This document shows positions 10,150 through 20,930 of a stretch of 49,840 nt of DNA, in pieces. The stretch covers positions 1 to 49,840 of the forward strand of contig MRSU01005785.1 of NCBI GenBank assembly GCA_008369845.1. Reading direction: 5' to 3'. Numbering within the stretch: the stretch's first letter is position 1; each line of letters starts with the position of its first letter. The stretch is from Trichomonas gallinae (taxonomy: Eukaryota). The position numbers were made by a program, and so were the translations under genes. Under the pieces are notes generated by a model. That model was not told the origin of the DNA. It made no database searches and saw only the letters and a program-made list of their open reading frames with translations.

Positions 10150-11310
10150 TTAAACTGGTGGTGGCTGTTGACCTTCATCTGGAGAATCGCCCGGAAAAGG
10201 CAATCCTTTATCGAAAGGATCGTTCAGATAACGGAGTATTTCTGGCACAGGTGATATTCCTTGTTGTATTTTCAAATCGTAAGTCTTGTTCATAGCAATA
10301 CCCATTGAAAATTGGCCCTTAATATCCTCATCTGCATCTTCATGTTTATCATCATCGTGTGCTCCTTTGTGAAATTTGTACTTCAAATCATTTTGTGATG
10401 AAATTTTCACGACAACGCGTGGTTCAACTACCTTCATGCCAATGAGGAACGCATTGTCTATCATGCATGTAAAACCGAAAATTAATCCAATAAAGCGTAT
10501 GAATTTTCCAATGCATGAATTATTGAATCTGTACATGTAGCTGTTCTTTCCAACGACTGCTCCATATCTGAAACCATATTTGAAGCAGTAAACATCTGTT
10601 GCAAATGTTGAATATTTGATTCCATTTAGTGGTTGTATATTTCCGAAATAACTCTGCATCAACTCTTTTATCTCTTCAATTTTTGTTTGGCATGTTTCAT
10701 CCATCTGGATTTCAAGTTTCGGGTTTACGTAAAGAAGCCTTGAAGTATCAAAATCCTCGCATTCAACTTTATCCCATGATTGATAAGGTAAATAATCAAT
10801 TGCGAATAAATTAAATCTATTATTCCTTGCTTGAGAAGCGCATTTCAATTGAATAATTGGCGGATTATTTTCCAAATATGATTTTACGTTTTTTCCGTGT
10901 TGACAATGTTCACAATGATCTTTTATAAAACCTGGTTTTATCCAATTTTCTTTTATATATTTTTTCAATATTTTATCTCTTATGATTCCAACACCGTACA
11001 TTGCTTGTCCATCAGGAAGGATTGTTAAGAAACTATAATGAAACGGCAAATTAATCATTAAAATTAAAGCGAGGGACATGGGTATTGATATAAAGGCAAA
11101 AATTTGAGAATTCATACTAAAATCTGTAATCAAGTTACATATTGCAGTAATAGGAAGAAAAATCAGAACGTTTGTTATTAATGATACAATCAATCCGCAT
11201 TTTGAAGGATGTATATAAGATACGCGCCTGCAAATAAGATATACTATGATATTGAAAATGAATAGCAATGCGCCAAGTCCAATAGGAATGGCTAGAATGA
11301 TCCAATCCAT
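10150..11310 (-). CDS. Multi-pass membrane protein, TMEM151-like, 386 aa
   Basis: Three N-terminal TM helices, NPPIIQLKC...PYQSWD segment, late hydrophobic segment; family call tentative. Confidence 0.55.
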   Translation of the reverse strand: MDWIILAIPIGLGALLFIFNIIVYLICRRVSYIHPSKCGLIVSLITNVLIFLPITAICNLITDFSMNSQIFAFISIPMSLALILMINLPFHYSFLTILPDGQAMYGVGIIRDKILKKYIKENWIKPGFIKDHCEHCQHGKNVKSYLENNPPIIQLKCASQARNNRFNLFAIDYLPYQSWDKVECEDFDTSRLLYVNPKLEIQMDETCQTKIEEIKELMQSYFGNIQPLNGIKYSTFATDVYCFKYGFRYGAVVGKNSYMYRFNNSCIGKFIRFIGLIFGFTCMIDNAFLIGMKVVEPRVVVKISSQNDLKYKFHKGAHDDDKHEDADEDIKGQFSMGIAMNKTYDLKIQQGISPVPEILRYLNDPFDKGLPFPGDSPDEGQQPPPV

Positions 11311-11733
11311 GTTATTTGTTGTAAACTATTCAAAGTGCAACTATTTTCTCTCAATTTTTGAATTATAAACGTATGTTTGTTACTTTTCTAGGGTCCCAGC
11401 ACAGTAAATTAATTATTACGCAGAAGGATATAGAACTTTATTCTACTATATGTTTGTGACAAATGATAGTACTATAAGATGATGTTAGTGATATACCTCA
11501 AAGTCTTTCTTATCTTGAGATAATTAACGATCTTGAGATACCTTTTTGATTCTTCATGATAACAAGTGATGAAAAAGTTAAAAATGTTCATCATCATTGC
11601 CTAAGTTATTCTTTTAGTTTACTATGATACAAAGCGAATTAAGGAGATTTAATAATAGGTAAGAATGGTTTAGGGAAAAAATAGATGAAGATTATCTAAA
11701 ATCAAAAAAAAAGATGAATATATTTTATTACTA

Positions 11734-13422
11734 TTAACGGACAATGCCAGCAGCGCGGAGCTTCATCAAGGCGTCGCGGATTGTTGGATCAGCGAGGTAC
11801 TTCTGAGCGGCCATTGGGTTCTCCTGCATCTGTCTGAGAACGTTGTTGATTGTTGGATCTTGCATGATGCGCTGGATCTCTGGATCAGCCATGGCGTGTC
11901 TGATCTGTTCCTCATCTGGAGCCTGGAACTGGTTCTTGGCGATAGCCTGGTTAACAGACTGGATGCCACCGATAGCCTCAGCGTTGTTTGGATCGATTCT
12001 GAGGGCCTCCTGGTAGTCGTCGAGAGCCTTGTGGTACTCCTTCATCTGGATGTGGCAGTAGCCCTTCCTTGTGTAAGCCTTGACGAACTTTGGATCAAGC
12101 TCGATGGCCTTGTCGCAGTCCTTGATGGCCATTGGCATTTCGCCGAGCTTGGAGTATGCACCAGCTCTGTTGGAGTAAAGTCTGGCATCGCGTGGAGCGC
12201 GCTTGATAGCTTCGTTGTAGTGCTCGATGGCCTTTGGAATGTTGCCCTCGCGGAAGCACTTGTTGCCTTCCTCCTTCTCCTTCTCGGCGATCTCTGGGTT
12301 CTCGTAGGCGGCAGCATCACGCTTGGCCTTGAGCTGCTCGAGCTTTGTCAACTCGCGCTTGACTGTTGGGTCCTTCTTTTCGAGGAGGGAAGACTGGAGA
12401 GCGGCGATGGCAGCCTCGAGGTTGCCGCGGGCGTTCTCAGCACCAGCGATCTTTGTGTAAGCCTTGGCGATTGATTCGTAGTCAGCACCATGCTGGCGGC
12501 CGATTTCGATACCCTTTGTAGCACAATCGACAGCTTCCTGGTACTTCTTCTGTCTTGTGAGGGCAGCAGCCTTGTTGTTGTAGAATGTGACATTGTGTGG
12601 TTCGAGTTCGATGGCCTTCTCGTAGTGAGCAATGGCACCATCCATATCGCCTTCCTTGAAGAGCTTGTTGCCTGCGTCCTTCTCGGCCTCAGCTTCTTTA
12701 TTTGTCTGCTTTGGCTGCTCCTTTGGCTTTTCTTCTTCCTTTGGCTTTGGAGCTGGCTTGACTGGTTCCTCGTCTTCATCCTCATCCTTTGGCATGTCAG
12801 CAGCGGCACCTGGATTTGCCTGCTGGTACTGCTTGAGGAATGGCTCTAAGAGGGCCTGCATGCAGACCTGGAGACGCTGGTCGTTCATGTAATTCTGGAT
12901 GTTCTTTGGATTGACCTTAAGATCATCGATCATCTTAACGAAAGATGGGTCGTTGAAGAAAGCTGCGCACTTTGGATTGTATCTCAAAGCGTCGAAGTTC
13001 TCTGGTCTGAAGAGCTGGCCTAATTCACCAAGTGGATCAGCACCTCCCATATGCTGCTGCTTCTGAATTTCAGCTTCGCATGTGGCAAGGTCTTCCTTGG
13101 CACCAGCATTTCCTGGGTCGAGCTCTAAAGCCTTCCTGAAAGCATTAGCAGCACCTTCCCAATCTCTCATACCCTGAAGAGCGGCGCCAAGACGTGTGTG
13201 ACCTCGTGGCCAGTCTGGCTTGATTTCGATGACCTTTCTAGCATCAGCAGCAGCCTGCTGGTACTTCTGGGAAGCACAGTATGATCCAGATCTGTTAGAA
13301 TAAAGCGTGTAATTTGTTGGATCCATATCGATGGCATCTGTGTAAAGCTCAATAGCACGTGGGTAATTCTTTTCGGCGAAAGCCTTGTTACCGAGTGCCT
13401 TAATCTCGTCGACAGTCGACAT
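11734..13422 (-). CDS. STI1: Hsp70/Hsp90-organising protein STI1/HOP, 562 aa (true start ATG 13422)
   Basis: TPR1-DP1-TPR2A-TPR2B-DP2 layout (KALGNKAF, LYSNRS, KDAGNKLF, KEEGNKCF, AMADPEIQRIMQDP); strongly biased codons. Confidence 0.97.
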   Translation of the reverse strand: MSTVDEIKALGNKAFAEKNYPRAIELYTDAIDMDPTNYTLYSNRSGSYCASQKYQQAAADARKVIEIKPDWPRGHTRLGAALQGMRDWEGAANAFRKALELDPGNAGAKEDLATCEAEIQKQQHMGGADPLGELGQLFRPENFDALRYNPKCAAFFNDPSFVKMIDDLKVNPKNIQNYMNDQRLQVCMQALLEPFLKQYQQANPGAAADMPKDEDEDEEPVKPAPKPKEEEKPKEQPKQTNKEAEAEKDAGNKLFKEGDMDGAIAHYEKAIELEPHNVTFYNNKAAALTRQKKYQEAVDCATKGIEIGRQHGADYESIAKAYTKIAGAENARGNLEAAIAALQSSLLEKKDPTVKRELTKLEQLKAKRDAAAYENPEIAEKEKEEGNKCFREGNIPKAIEHYNEAIKRAPRDARLYSNRAGAYSKLGEMPMAIKDCDKAIELDPKFVKAYTRKGYCHIQMKEYHKALDDYQEALRIDPNNAEAIGGIQSVNQAIAKNQFQAPDEEQIRHAMADPEIQRIMQDPTINNVLRQMQENPMAAQKYLADPTIRDALMKLRAAGIVR

Positions 13423-13442
13423 GCAAAATAAACTACTTATCC

Positions 13443-13491
13443 GACCACTTAACTCATGTCTTGAAAATTTTGGTCTGACCACTTAGCTCAT
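13443..13491 (-). promoter_or_regulatory. Duplicated 15-mer ATGAGYTAAGTGGTC upstream of STI1
   Basis: GACCACTTAACTCAT 13443-13457 and GACCACTTAGCTCAT 13477-13491 (14/15 identical). Confidence 0.45.
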
Positions 13492-14307
13492 ATGATTTTA
13501 AACATGTTTATCATATGTTTTGGCAGTTTTTGTCGTGAAATCATTTTGAAATTTTTTGTTTTGCGCGGGAATCATATCATTTTGGCTTTCTATTCTCTAT
13601 AGATTTTAATATTTAGTGCGGCTATTGTCGTATTTTTGTCAAATTTCTATTGTTTTCTCAGGAATTATATTGAGTCATAGAAATATGATAATTTTATAGT
13701 ATCTTCTTGCATGTACAATAAAATATGGTCCATAACAGTTTGATTCCATGTGCTGGATTTGTCGTATTGGATACATTTTCCACCTTATATTAGATAAAAT
13801 TTAATCTTATTCCCTGTGTTCAAATATATGAACTATAGGAAAATTTATGGAAATTTCATAAAGGATTTTACATATAGAAACAAAATAAAAAATCGAATAA
13901 TCAAATGTTTAATTTTGCCTAAACGCGATCCTATGAAGCAAATTCTATGGTGTTCCATGATGAATCTGTCATTAAATTAAGATATTTTGATAAAAATTGT
14001 TAAGATGTGCAATAAATACACGATTTTTGGAGAAAATTTATTTTCCATTATGATATACACGTATTACAGTACAGACTATGTGATTTAAAAGTCTGAAAAA
14101 TCAAGCAATTTATGAGGAAACAATTAAAATTCATAAAAACCACAAAAATTTATGTTATACTCCACTATAGTTATTTTTGGTTCCAAATTAGCAATGATGG
14201 AAAATCATATTGACACATGAAGGCATAGACATTCCTAATGTCGTATATGATAGAAATATATTCAAAAATTAAACAATATCGATGAAGAATAAATTATTTA
14301 TTCGCGT

Positions 14308-14541
14308 TTAGAAACCACCACGAAGGCGGAGAACGAGGTGGAGTGTGGAGTCCTTCTGGATGGAGTAGTCCTGGAGTGTGTTACCATCTTCAAGCTGCTT
14401 GCCAGCGAAGATGAGACGCTGCTGGTCCGGTGGGATACCTTCCTTGTCCTGGATCTTGGCCTTGACATCTTCAATGCGGTCTGTTGGCTCGACCTCGAGT
14501 GTGATGTGCTTGCCTGTGAGTGTCTTTACGAAAATCTGCAT
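14308..14541 (-). CDS. Ub: Monomeric ubiquitin with one-residue (Phe) C-terminal extension
   Basis: [11 protein letters not shown]...LRLRGG-F; tandem Inr TCAGTTCATTT just upstream (14548-14558). Confidence 0.99.
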   Translation of the reverse strand: MQIFVKTLTGKHITLEVEPTDRIEDVKAKIQDKEGIPPDQQRLIFAGKQLEDGNTLQDYSIQKDSTLHLVLRLRGGF

Positions 14542-14876
14542 TAAGAGAAATGAACTGAACGTTTATTAACCATTCAAAAGAAGAAAAATTTTTGTTGGAC
14601 AATTTACATTTCCAAATTGAATTGGAAATAATCGTGAATGCCCGCCAAATTTGAATGCAAGGTTTTGATGCATCGAGTATTTACACACCAACAAGCATGA
14701 AAAATCCATAAAATTTGAAAAAATTTCCTGACTAAAATTGCTTTTACAAAGAATTTTTTTTACCATGAAATTTTTAATCAAAACTTTGTTTATTTTTTAA
14801 TTTATTATCGTATTTGCAATCATATTTTATAATAATTTAATAGTCAAAAACGCTGAATACATCAAATGCTTTCACA

Positions 14877-15360
14877 TTAGATTTGTATGTATAATCTGAA
14901 TCTGATGATGAAAATAACGAAAAACATTGCATTTATTGCAATTTCTAAATTGTTTGGATAAAAAAATCTTCCAAATTTCACGATACCGGGTTCACTTATG
15001 CAGAATAGTATAATATGAGATTTTGCGCTTTTAAATTCGCAGAATAATGATGGAGTCAACTTTTTCGACTCCGATAAGGCAGGAAATTCAAGAGATAGGA
15101 GATCAAGGTTTACCAATACTAATTCGTTCACAGTTTTTCCATTAATCTGTGAAGTATTTACCAATAACTGATGGCAAAAATGGTGGATTTCAAGGTCGTC
15201 ACTTTTTGATCGAACGAGAACCTTTATCTTTAATCGTCGGTGAGTTGACAGTGAATTTCACCGAATTCTGTTAGCAAATGATATATTATTGCTGATTTTC
15301 ACGTCAAATCGAGTTTCGAACAAGTCCGAAATTTCTCACCGAGAAATTTCTAAATTATAA
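14877..15360 (-). pseudogene. Decayed gene remnant (probably extends further toward ~16300)
   Basis: One frame reads EISDLFETRFDVKISNNISFANRIR*NSLS...SEPGIVKFGRFF with only two TGA stops and no usable ATG; moderately raised GC. Confidence 0.3.
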
Positions 15361-16421
15361 CTTCAGAACCATGTAAAAAATCATATTTTCTATTCATTTT
15401 CATGATCAATATCTGAAAACACACGAGTTTAATTTGTTCGACATTTAATCCTTGAGTTTTCAAGTTAATATATCGATATCTATAAAATAAATATAGTTCT
15501 TAATCGTAATTTCATAGTTAGAGTTTATAAGAACGTAATTTTTGAATTTTTTAGATTATCCTTCATTTTGGAATATATACTAATGAATCCACTTAACAAC
15601 AGATTAAAAGCCTTTCTATCTTCATCAAAACATTATCTGTGATATATCATAATTTTCTTATTTTCATTATGCAGTCTATTGGAAATATAAGTTATCTTTC
15701 CGTGTTGAATCTATAAATACAAGCTTATAGTCTATTCATTTGGATTTAAACACAGTCACTCAGGAATCATCTTAAAATATGTTTCATCGTTAGAGATAAT
15801 TAAGCAATATCAATAGCCATTCAAACTCATATTAATTTAATGTTATTGCAAAAGAAGATACTTCAATATTACAAATTATTTCAGTATATTGCTAATGCAA
15901 TGTATTATTAATATAGCATTTGGTGTTTCAAAGAATCTGATTTTTATTTCATTTTGTTATCTTATCTAATTATATACTCTTTGGAATGCAATAATCAATA
16001 ATACAAAAATTTAATATCGATTGATAAAAAAATAATGCATTTTTCTATAATGGTTGTAATATATAAGTATACTGCTCTTATAAAATTCGTCCAACTCTAT
16101 ATACTGGATATATTAGAGATCAATTGAGTAATCTGCACTATAACTTTCCAAATATACAAAATTTTCTGTCTTTTGCACAATATCCTCTATGTAAATCAAA
16201 AATTGACTTTTGTTCAGTAATGAAAATATATGTTTGTCGATAACTTTATCCAAAATTTTATATTTTTTCATTATTTTCAAGGTAATTTCCATGTATTCGA
16301 ATTGAAAGCACTAGTATCTGTTGAATTAATACTATTTAATGGTATTTGAGAAAGCGTTATTGTATATTGAGAATAGGCATATTTTTAATACTAAATAGAA
16401 TTTCGACAAGACATGATCGAT

Positions 16422-16964
16422 TTACTGAAGGAGTTCTCCCTCAACTTCAATAAACCAGTCAGATCTCTTTTCTCTCTGAGCAAGTGGAGCAAGATACATG
16501 TGCTCTGCAGTAGCATGATATTCCTTCTTCTCAGCCTGCTTTTGTGGTGTAGTTGGAGATGGTGCGATGCTTCTTTCAGAAACTGGCTGAGAATTTTGTG
16601 CTGGTTTCGGACTATTGATAATGTCATTAGAGTGGACGCTAACTCCTTCACCAGAGTCTGAGTCATGAACTATAATTGGAATATTTTCTTTTGGAGCCTC
16701 CTTTTGGACAGGTGTCATCAATTTTTGGGAAATCAGCGGTTCTGTGTTCAAGTAAGCGCGTCCCTTACAAGGAGCTGTAAACGCACATATTATGTAAACA
16801 ATAATAACTAAAAGTACAACAAAACCTGTACAGCAAATCACAATCAAAGAAACAAGACCGCTGTTCTTATTGTATGGGCTTGCACTGGTGTCGTTTTCAG
16901 CATTGCTGTCGTCGCTCGTTACGCTGAGTGAGAATTTAGCCAGCAGAAGCAGGGCCAAAATCAT
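16422..16964 (-). CDS. Small type I membrane protein, 180 aa
   Basis: Signal MILALLLLAKFSLS, short ectodomain, TM LVSLIVICCTGFVVLLVIIVYIICAF, S/P-rich tail. Confidence 0.8.
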   Translation of the reverse strand: MILALLLLAKFSLSVTSDDSNAENDTSASPYNKNSGLVSLIVICCTGFVVLLVIIVYIICAFTAPCKGRAYLNTEPLISQKLMTPVQKEAPKENIPIIVHDSDSGEGVSVHSNDIINSPKPAQNSQPVSERSIAPSPTTPQKQAEKKEYHATAEHMYLAPLAQREKRSDWFIEVEGELLQ

Positions 16965-17700
16965 TTTTATCTTTTGTAAACTTTTTAAAATTCTGAATCA
17001 GCAAATCTCATATATGAAAAGGTCACAGCGGATAATTAAAACAAAACTAAACCACTTTTCTTACAAAATTGAGTCGATTTTCGTAAATTTTTTATAATTT
17101 TATCCAACTTTGTTTTCTTGCGAAACCAGCATTCCTGTTGTCTGCGAAATCCAATTATTATATTTTTTTCAAATTTGATCAAAAAATATTCGAAAAAGAA
17201 TAATCAATTCCTTTCCTATGATAACTACATTGATTAAACTTATTCGAAAACACACTAATCCTAAACTTTATATCAATAGCCCTGATTTTCATTGTATTTT
17301 TTATCAAAAAGAGCGATTTATAATACATAATTACCAATTAGATTGGATTTACTTTAATGTGTATGTTGAACTTAGAATATATATGACTTAAAAATGTTAT
17401 CTTTCTGTTACTACTTTATCTATTTCTCATATTTTTTTGCAAAAATTATCATATATGATTTTTTTTCTATTTCACTAAAATATCGTTTCAGTCAATACTC
17501 AAAAACAATGTGTGAAATCAAGAAAAGCTCTTTACTAAATTAGAAACCTATAAAATTGATGTCATAAATTTTCATTGTCAAATTTGATATTTTACATGAA
17601 AAATACAATTGAAAATTTTACTTTACATAGCAAAAATATAAAAAGTGATAAGTTTGACAAAATTCACTTTACGTGATAAAATTACAAAAAGTGATAATTA

Positions 17701-18395
17701 ATAGAGTTGTTTGAAAATGTAGTAAGTTATAGAGGATATAAGCTTATTCAACATGAAGGACGTAATTGGATTCGCATATTCTATCATGATGCAAAGAATA
17801 ATATCTATTTTGACAAAGATTTGCAAAAGATCAAATCTTTTTTATCAATGAAAGTCAGCGATTTAGCGTCTTAGACTATATTAATGAGAGCTTTTATATT
17901 GATAATAGATTTAATTTTCTAATATTTTATCTTTATGATTATCCTGATAATTTCTTTTTCTTTAATCAGAGTTCACATCCACTTTATTCACATACAGTAT
18001 CAAATATTACTACTAACTACACCAAACCATCAAAATGTGAACAATTTGATTCGATTGCAGATTTAAAACTAAAGGACTTAGCTTTATCAGCTGATGATTA
18101 CACTATAATCGATGGAAATCCAAATTCTGTTAATTGGGGCTATTCAATCGGAGCTACACGAAAATATTTAGATGTTGAGACTTTTCCAGAACCTTCTTGC
18201 CATATATAATCGAAATATAATTCTGTGCGTGCTGTGGATCTTTATATTCAGTTCATTGATTTTAATATTCTCGAAAATCTTCCACAAATTAATTTAATTT
18301 ATGTGTTTCAGAGAAATCTATGTTCTTATTGTTTGTTTTATTCTTCATCATTTGTTCATCAAGCGTTTTTATTTAGTGTGTTTCTTTCTACATAA
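17701..18395 (+). pseudogene. Pseudogene of an expanded trichomonad family (W.RIFYH...F.N...FS.L...IDG...W.YSIG...V.LYI), missed by the ORF track
   Basis: ATA instead of ATG at 17701, -1 frameshift in the T6 run 17838-17843, in-frame TAA 18207-18209, terminal TAA 18393-18395 after a hydrophobic tail. Confidence 0.7.
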
Positions 18396-18512
18396 ATATT
18401 TTTCATAAATCTTTAAAAACTCATGAAATAAACTAAAATATTCACAAAAATCATGTGTAGATAAAGTTAACTTATGTGAATCGATTATTAAACATTTATT
18501 GATATAAACAAA

Positions 18513-20399
18513 TTATATTGACGAGAAAAGCGTATTGTTAAACCTTCTGTATACTACATAAGGCCTAAACTCGTGAATTTTTTCCCAATGCTCATTATAT
18601 GGCTTTATTATCTTATTATCTGTTTTGGTCACATAATAAGTGACGTTATAAGCATCTATCAAATTGATATACCGCTTATTATGAGAGTATCTAACGACGG
18701 CACGATATCTCTCTGTCGTATTAATGCCATGAGATGAAATCCATCCTGAATATCCGATTAATATCTGTCTTCCAGCGAGAGTGGTAACTGGATTGCCATG
18801 ACACTCATCTGAAATGAATGTTGCATCGTATGGCGTGTTTCTTCTGATCCATTCTCCGAATCTTAAATCACGATCGTAGTCTTGCCACACGCAATAGCAC
18901 TGCGTTAGAACCATGTGGAGTGCGAAACCTCCAGAAATGCAGCAAGTAATGAAAAGCGGAATTGTTAAAGATAAAGATATACTGTGAGTGCTTCGAGTGA
19001 ACTTAACAAAGAAATTAGCGACAACAGGCGTAGCCAAAGGTATGAACGCTGTGTAGAAAATTTTTGTATTATCGAGATTCCATGGTTGATAGATAATAAT
19101 GTTGCTAACAAAGAAAACAAACAAGGCAGGGATGTACAACAGCAGTTGGTTCTTAGTTAAATAAAGAGGACCGTGAACTAACGAAATCACACCAAAAACT
19201 CCAAGAGCAGCCCACCAGAATGAGAAGAAGTTGTAGCTTTTGCCTGACTCCACCCAAACAGGCTCAATCCTCATGAAATTGCTGCGAACTCTGCCTAAAT
19301 AATTTTTCAATTGCGGAAGTCCAAGCGTGAGGCCTATTGCAGCCATCATAGAATAATTCGCTATTACAGCAAATATCTGTTTTTTATTTCCATATGGGAA
19401 TTTTATTATTGCATAACATAATCCGAATTCAAATAATGCAATTAAAGCGTGTGCTTGGACTTGTGGAAGTGAGGCAATAAGGAGGCCAATGCAGGCAAAA
19501 CATTTTATGTCTAGAACTGGTTTGCTACTTAACAATAAATAAATTATTGACCATGAAATCGGCAGAGCGAAAAGCGAAGCTCTTTGAGGGAGAATGACGT
19601 GAATAATGGAGTGGAACCAGCATCCATGCTTTCCATTACCAAGATTATGCACAAAATCAGTGTAGAAAAGATTATTATCTTTAAGAGCAAAATAATGAAG
19701 GAAACCAGTACCGCCATTGAAGAGAAATAGAACGTGAGCAACTACAATAGCCGCACAAGAGCCCGTAAAATACAGTGTAATCTGCCCAAGAATGGAAAAT
19801 AATGAAAATACAAAAACTAGTGAAGGAATCACAATAGCTTGGTTGTAATTACAATTGAATGCTTGCATGAAAATTGCTGAGTAGAAGTTTGGCAGAATTG
19901 GATAAGCTAATGGTTCTCCAGCAAAAAATGGAGCTGTAACCGCGAATAATGTCTTTCGTTTCTTGTTGCATCCGAAAGCAAATGACGAAATAATGTTCAT
20001 ATGAAACGGCATGTCGCCATATGCAGCACCTCGAAATTCATTTCCGTTGAAACCAATCGAAATAGTTAAAATGTATGATACAAATAGCGAAGGTATGACA
20101 GTGCTGTATAATAGAAATCGAAAATGTGGAACTTTGAACGTTTTTTGTTTGAATGGGGTAATTAATGTAATTGCGAGCGCTATAAGCGATAAAAATAAGC
20201 TGTGAATCATGCAGTGAATGATATTTGCTTCAAACCAAAGCGTGCAAACGAAAAATATCCAAGCTGATAATATTTCGCCAAATGGCAAGCCAATTGTTAC
20301 TATCAGCATGATGTTCGACCTCCCACTCAACAAGTAGTTCACTATTGAGACCCCTAAATACCATGAACACATGATTGGGGTAAATACTAAAAGATTCAT
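18513..20399 (-). CDS. Polytopic GT-C-fold glycosyltransferase-like membrane protein, 628 aa
   Basis: Many TM helices; luminal YGDMPFH, YPILPNF, ILPQRASLF, QPWNLDNTK, LAGRQILIGYSGWISSHG motifs. Confidence 0.65.
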   Translation of the reverse strand: MNLLVFTPIMCSWYLGVSIVNYLLSGRSNIMLIVTIGLPFGEILSAWIFFVCTLWFEANIIHCMIHSLFLSLIALAITLITPFKQKTFKVPHFRFLLYSTVIPSLFVSYILTISIGFNGNEFRGAAYGDMPFHMNIISSFAFGCNKKRKTLFAVTAPFFAGEPLAYPILPNFYSAIFMQAFNCNYNQAIVIPSLVFVFSLFSILGQITLYFTGSCAAIVVAHVLFLFNGGTGFLHYFALKDNNLFYTDFVHNLGNGKHGCWFHSIIHVILPQRASLFALPISWSIIYLLLSSKPVLDIKCFACIGLLIASLPQVQAHALIALFEFGLCYAIIKFPYGNKKQIFAVIANYSMMAAIGLTLGLPQLKNYLGRVRSNFMRIEPVWVESGKSYNFFSFWWAALGVFGVISLVHGPLYLTKNQLLLYIPALFVFFVSNIIIYQPWNLDNTKIFYTAFIPLATPVVANFFVKFTRSTHSISLSLTIPLFITCCISGGFALHMVLTQCYCVWQDYDRDLRFGEWIRRNTPYDATFISDECHGNPVTTLAGRQILIGYSGWISSHGINTTERYRAVVRYSHNKRYINLIDAYNVTYYVTKTDNKIIKPYNEHWEKIHEFRPYVVYRRFNNTLFSSI

Positions 20400-20930
20400 T
20401 ATTAATTTTGAACTTTTTTATTGTGAATTTCGCAATGGTCATGTCATAGCGAATCTATTTGCATTCTTTGACAATCTTTTTAATTTTTTGTTTTGCATTT
20501 CTCTTTAATAATATAAGCTTATAACATGTAAAAGATACTAATTCCAAGTTTTCATGAAGAGTTAATATGTTTGTTTGTTCATGTTTTATTATGACGATTT
20601 AGAGTACATTAAACGTTTGAATAAACTTAGAAACATAATCAGGTGTTATTTCAACTGAGAAATCCTTGCAAAATTAAAATATATTTTTTGAAAAAAATAA
20701 TCAAAGATCAATAAGTTATGAGATCTTAATATTAATGATTGGAATCAGGATTTAATAAATTCTTATTCAAACATGATGATTTCCGATGATTTTTTATCAA
20801 TTCAAAATCAAAAAATATGAAAACTCTTTTTTTTTCGAAAATAACTCAAGTATGTATATAATGCATATCAATTTTTAATCATTGTTACAAGTTTAGTCGA
20901 ATAATATTGTGAAATTTATAGACTATCAAA

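Noticed and set aside
11860..12892. Long antisense and alternate-frame ORFs over STI1
   Set aside because: Shadow ORFs caused by strong codon bias in a highly expressed gene.
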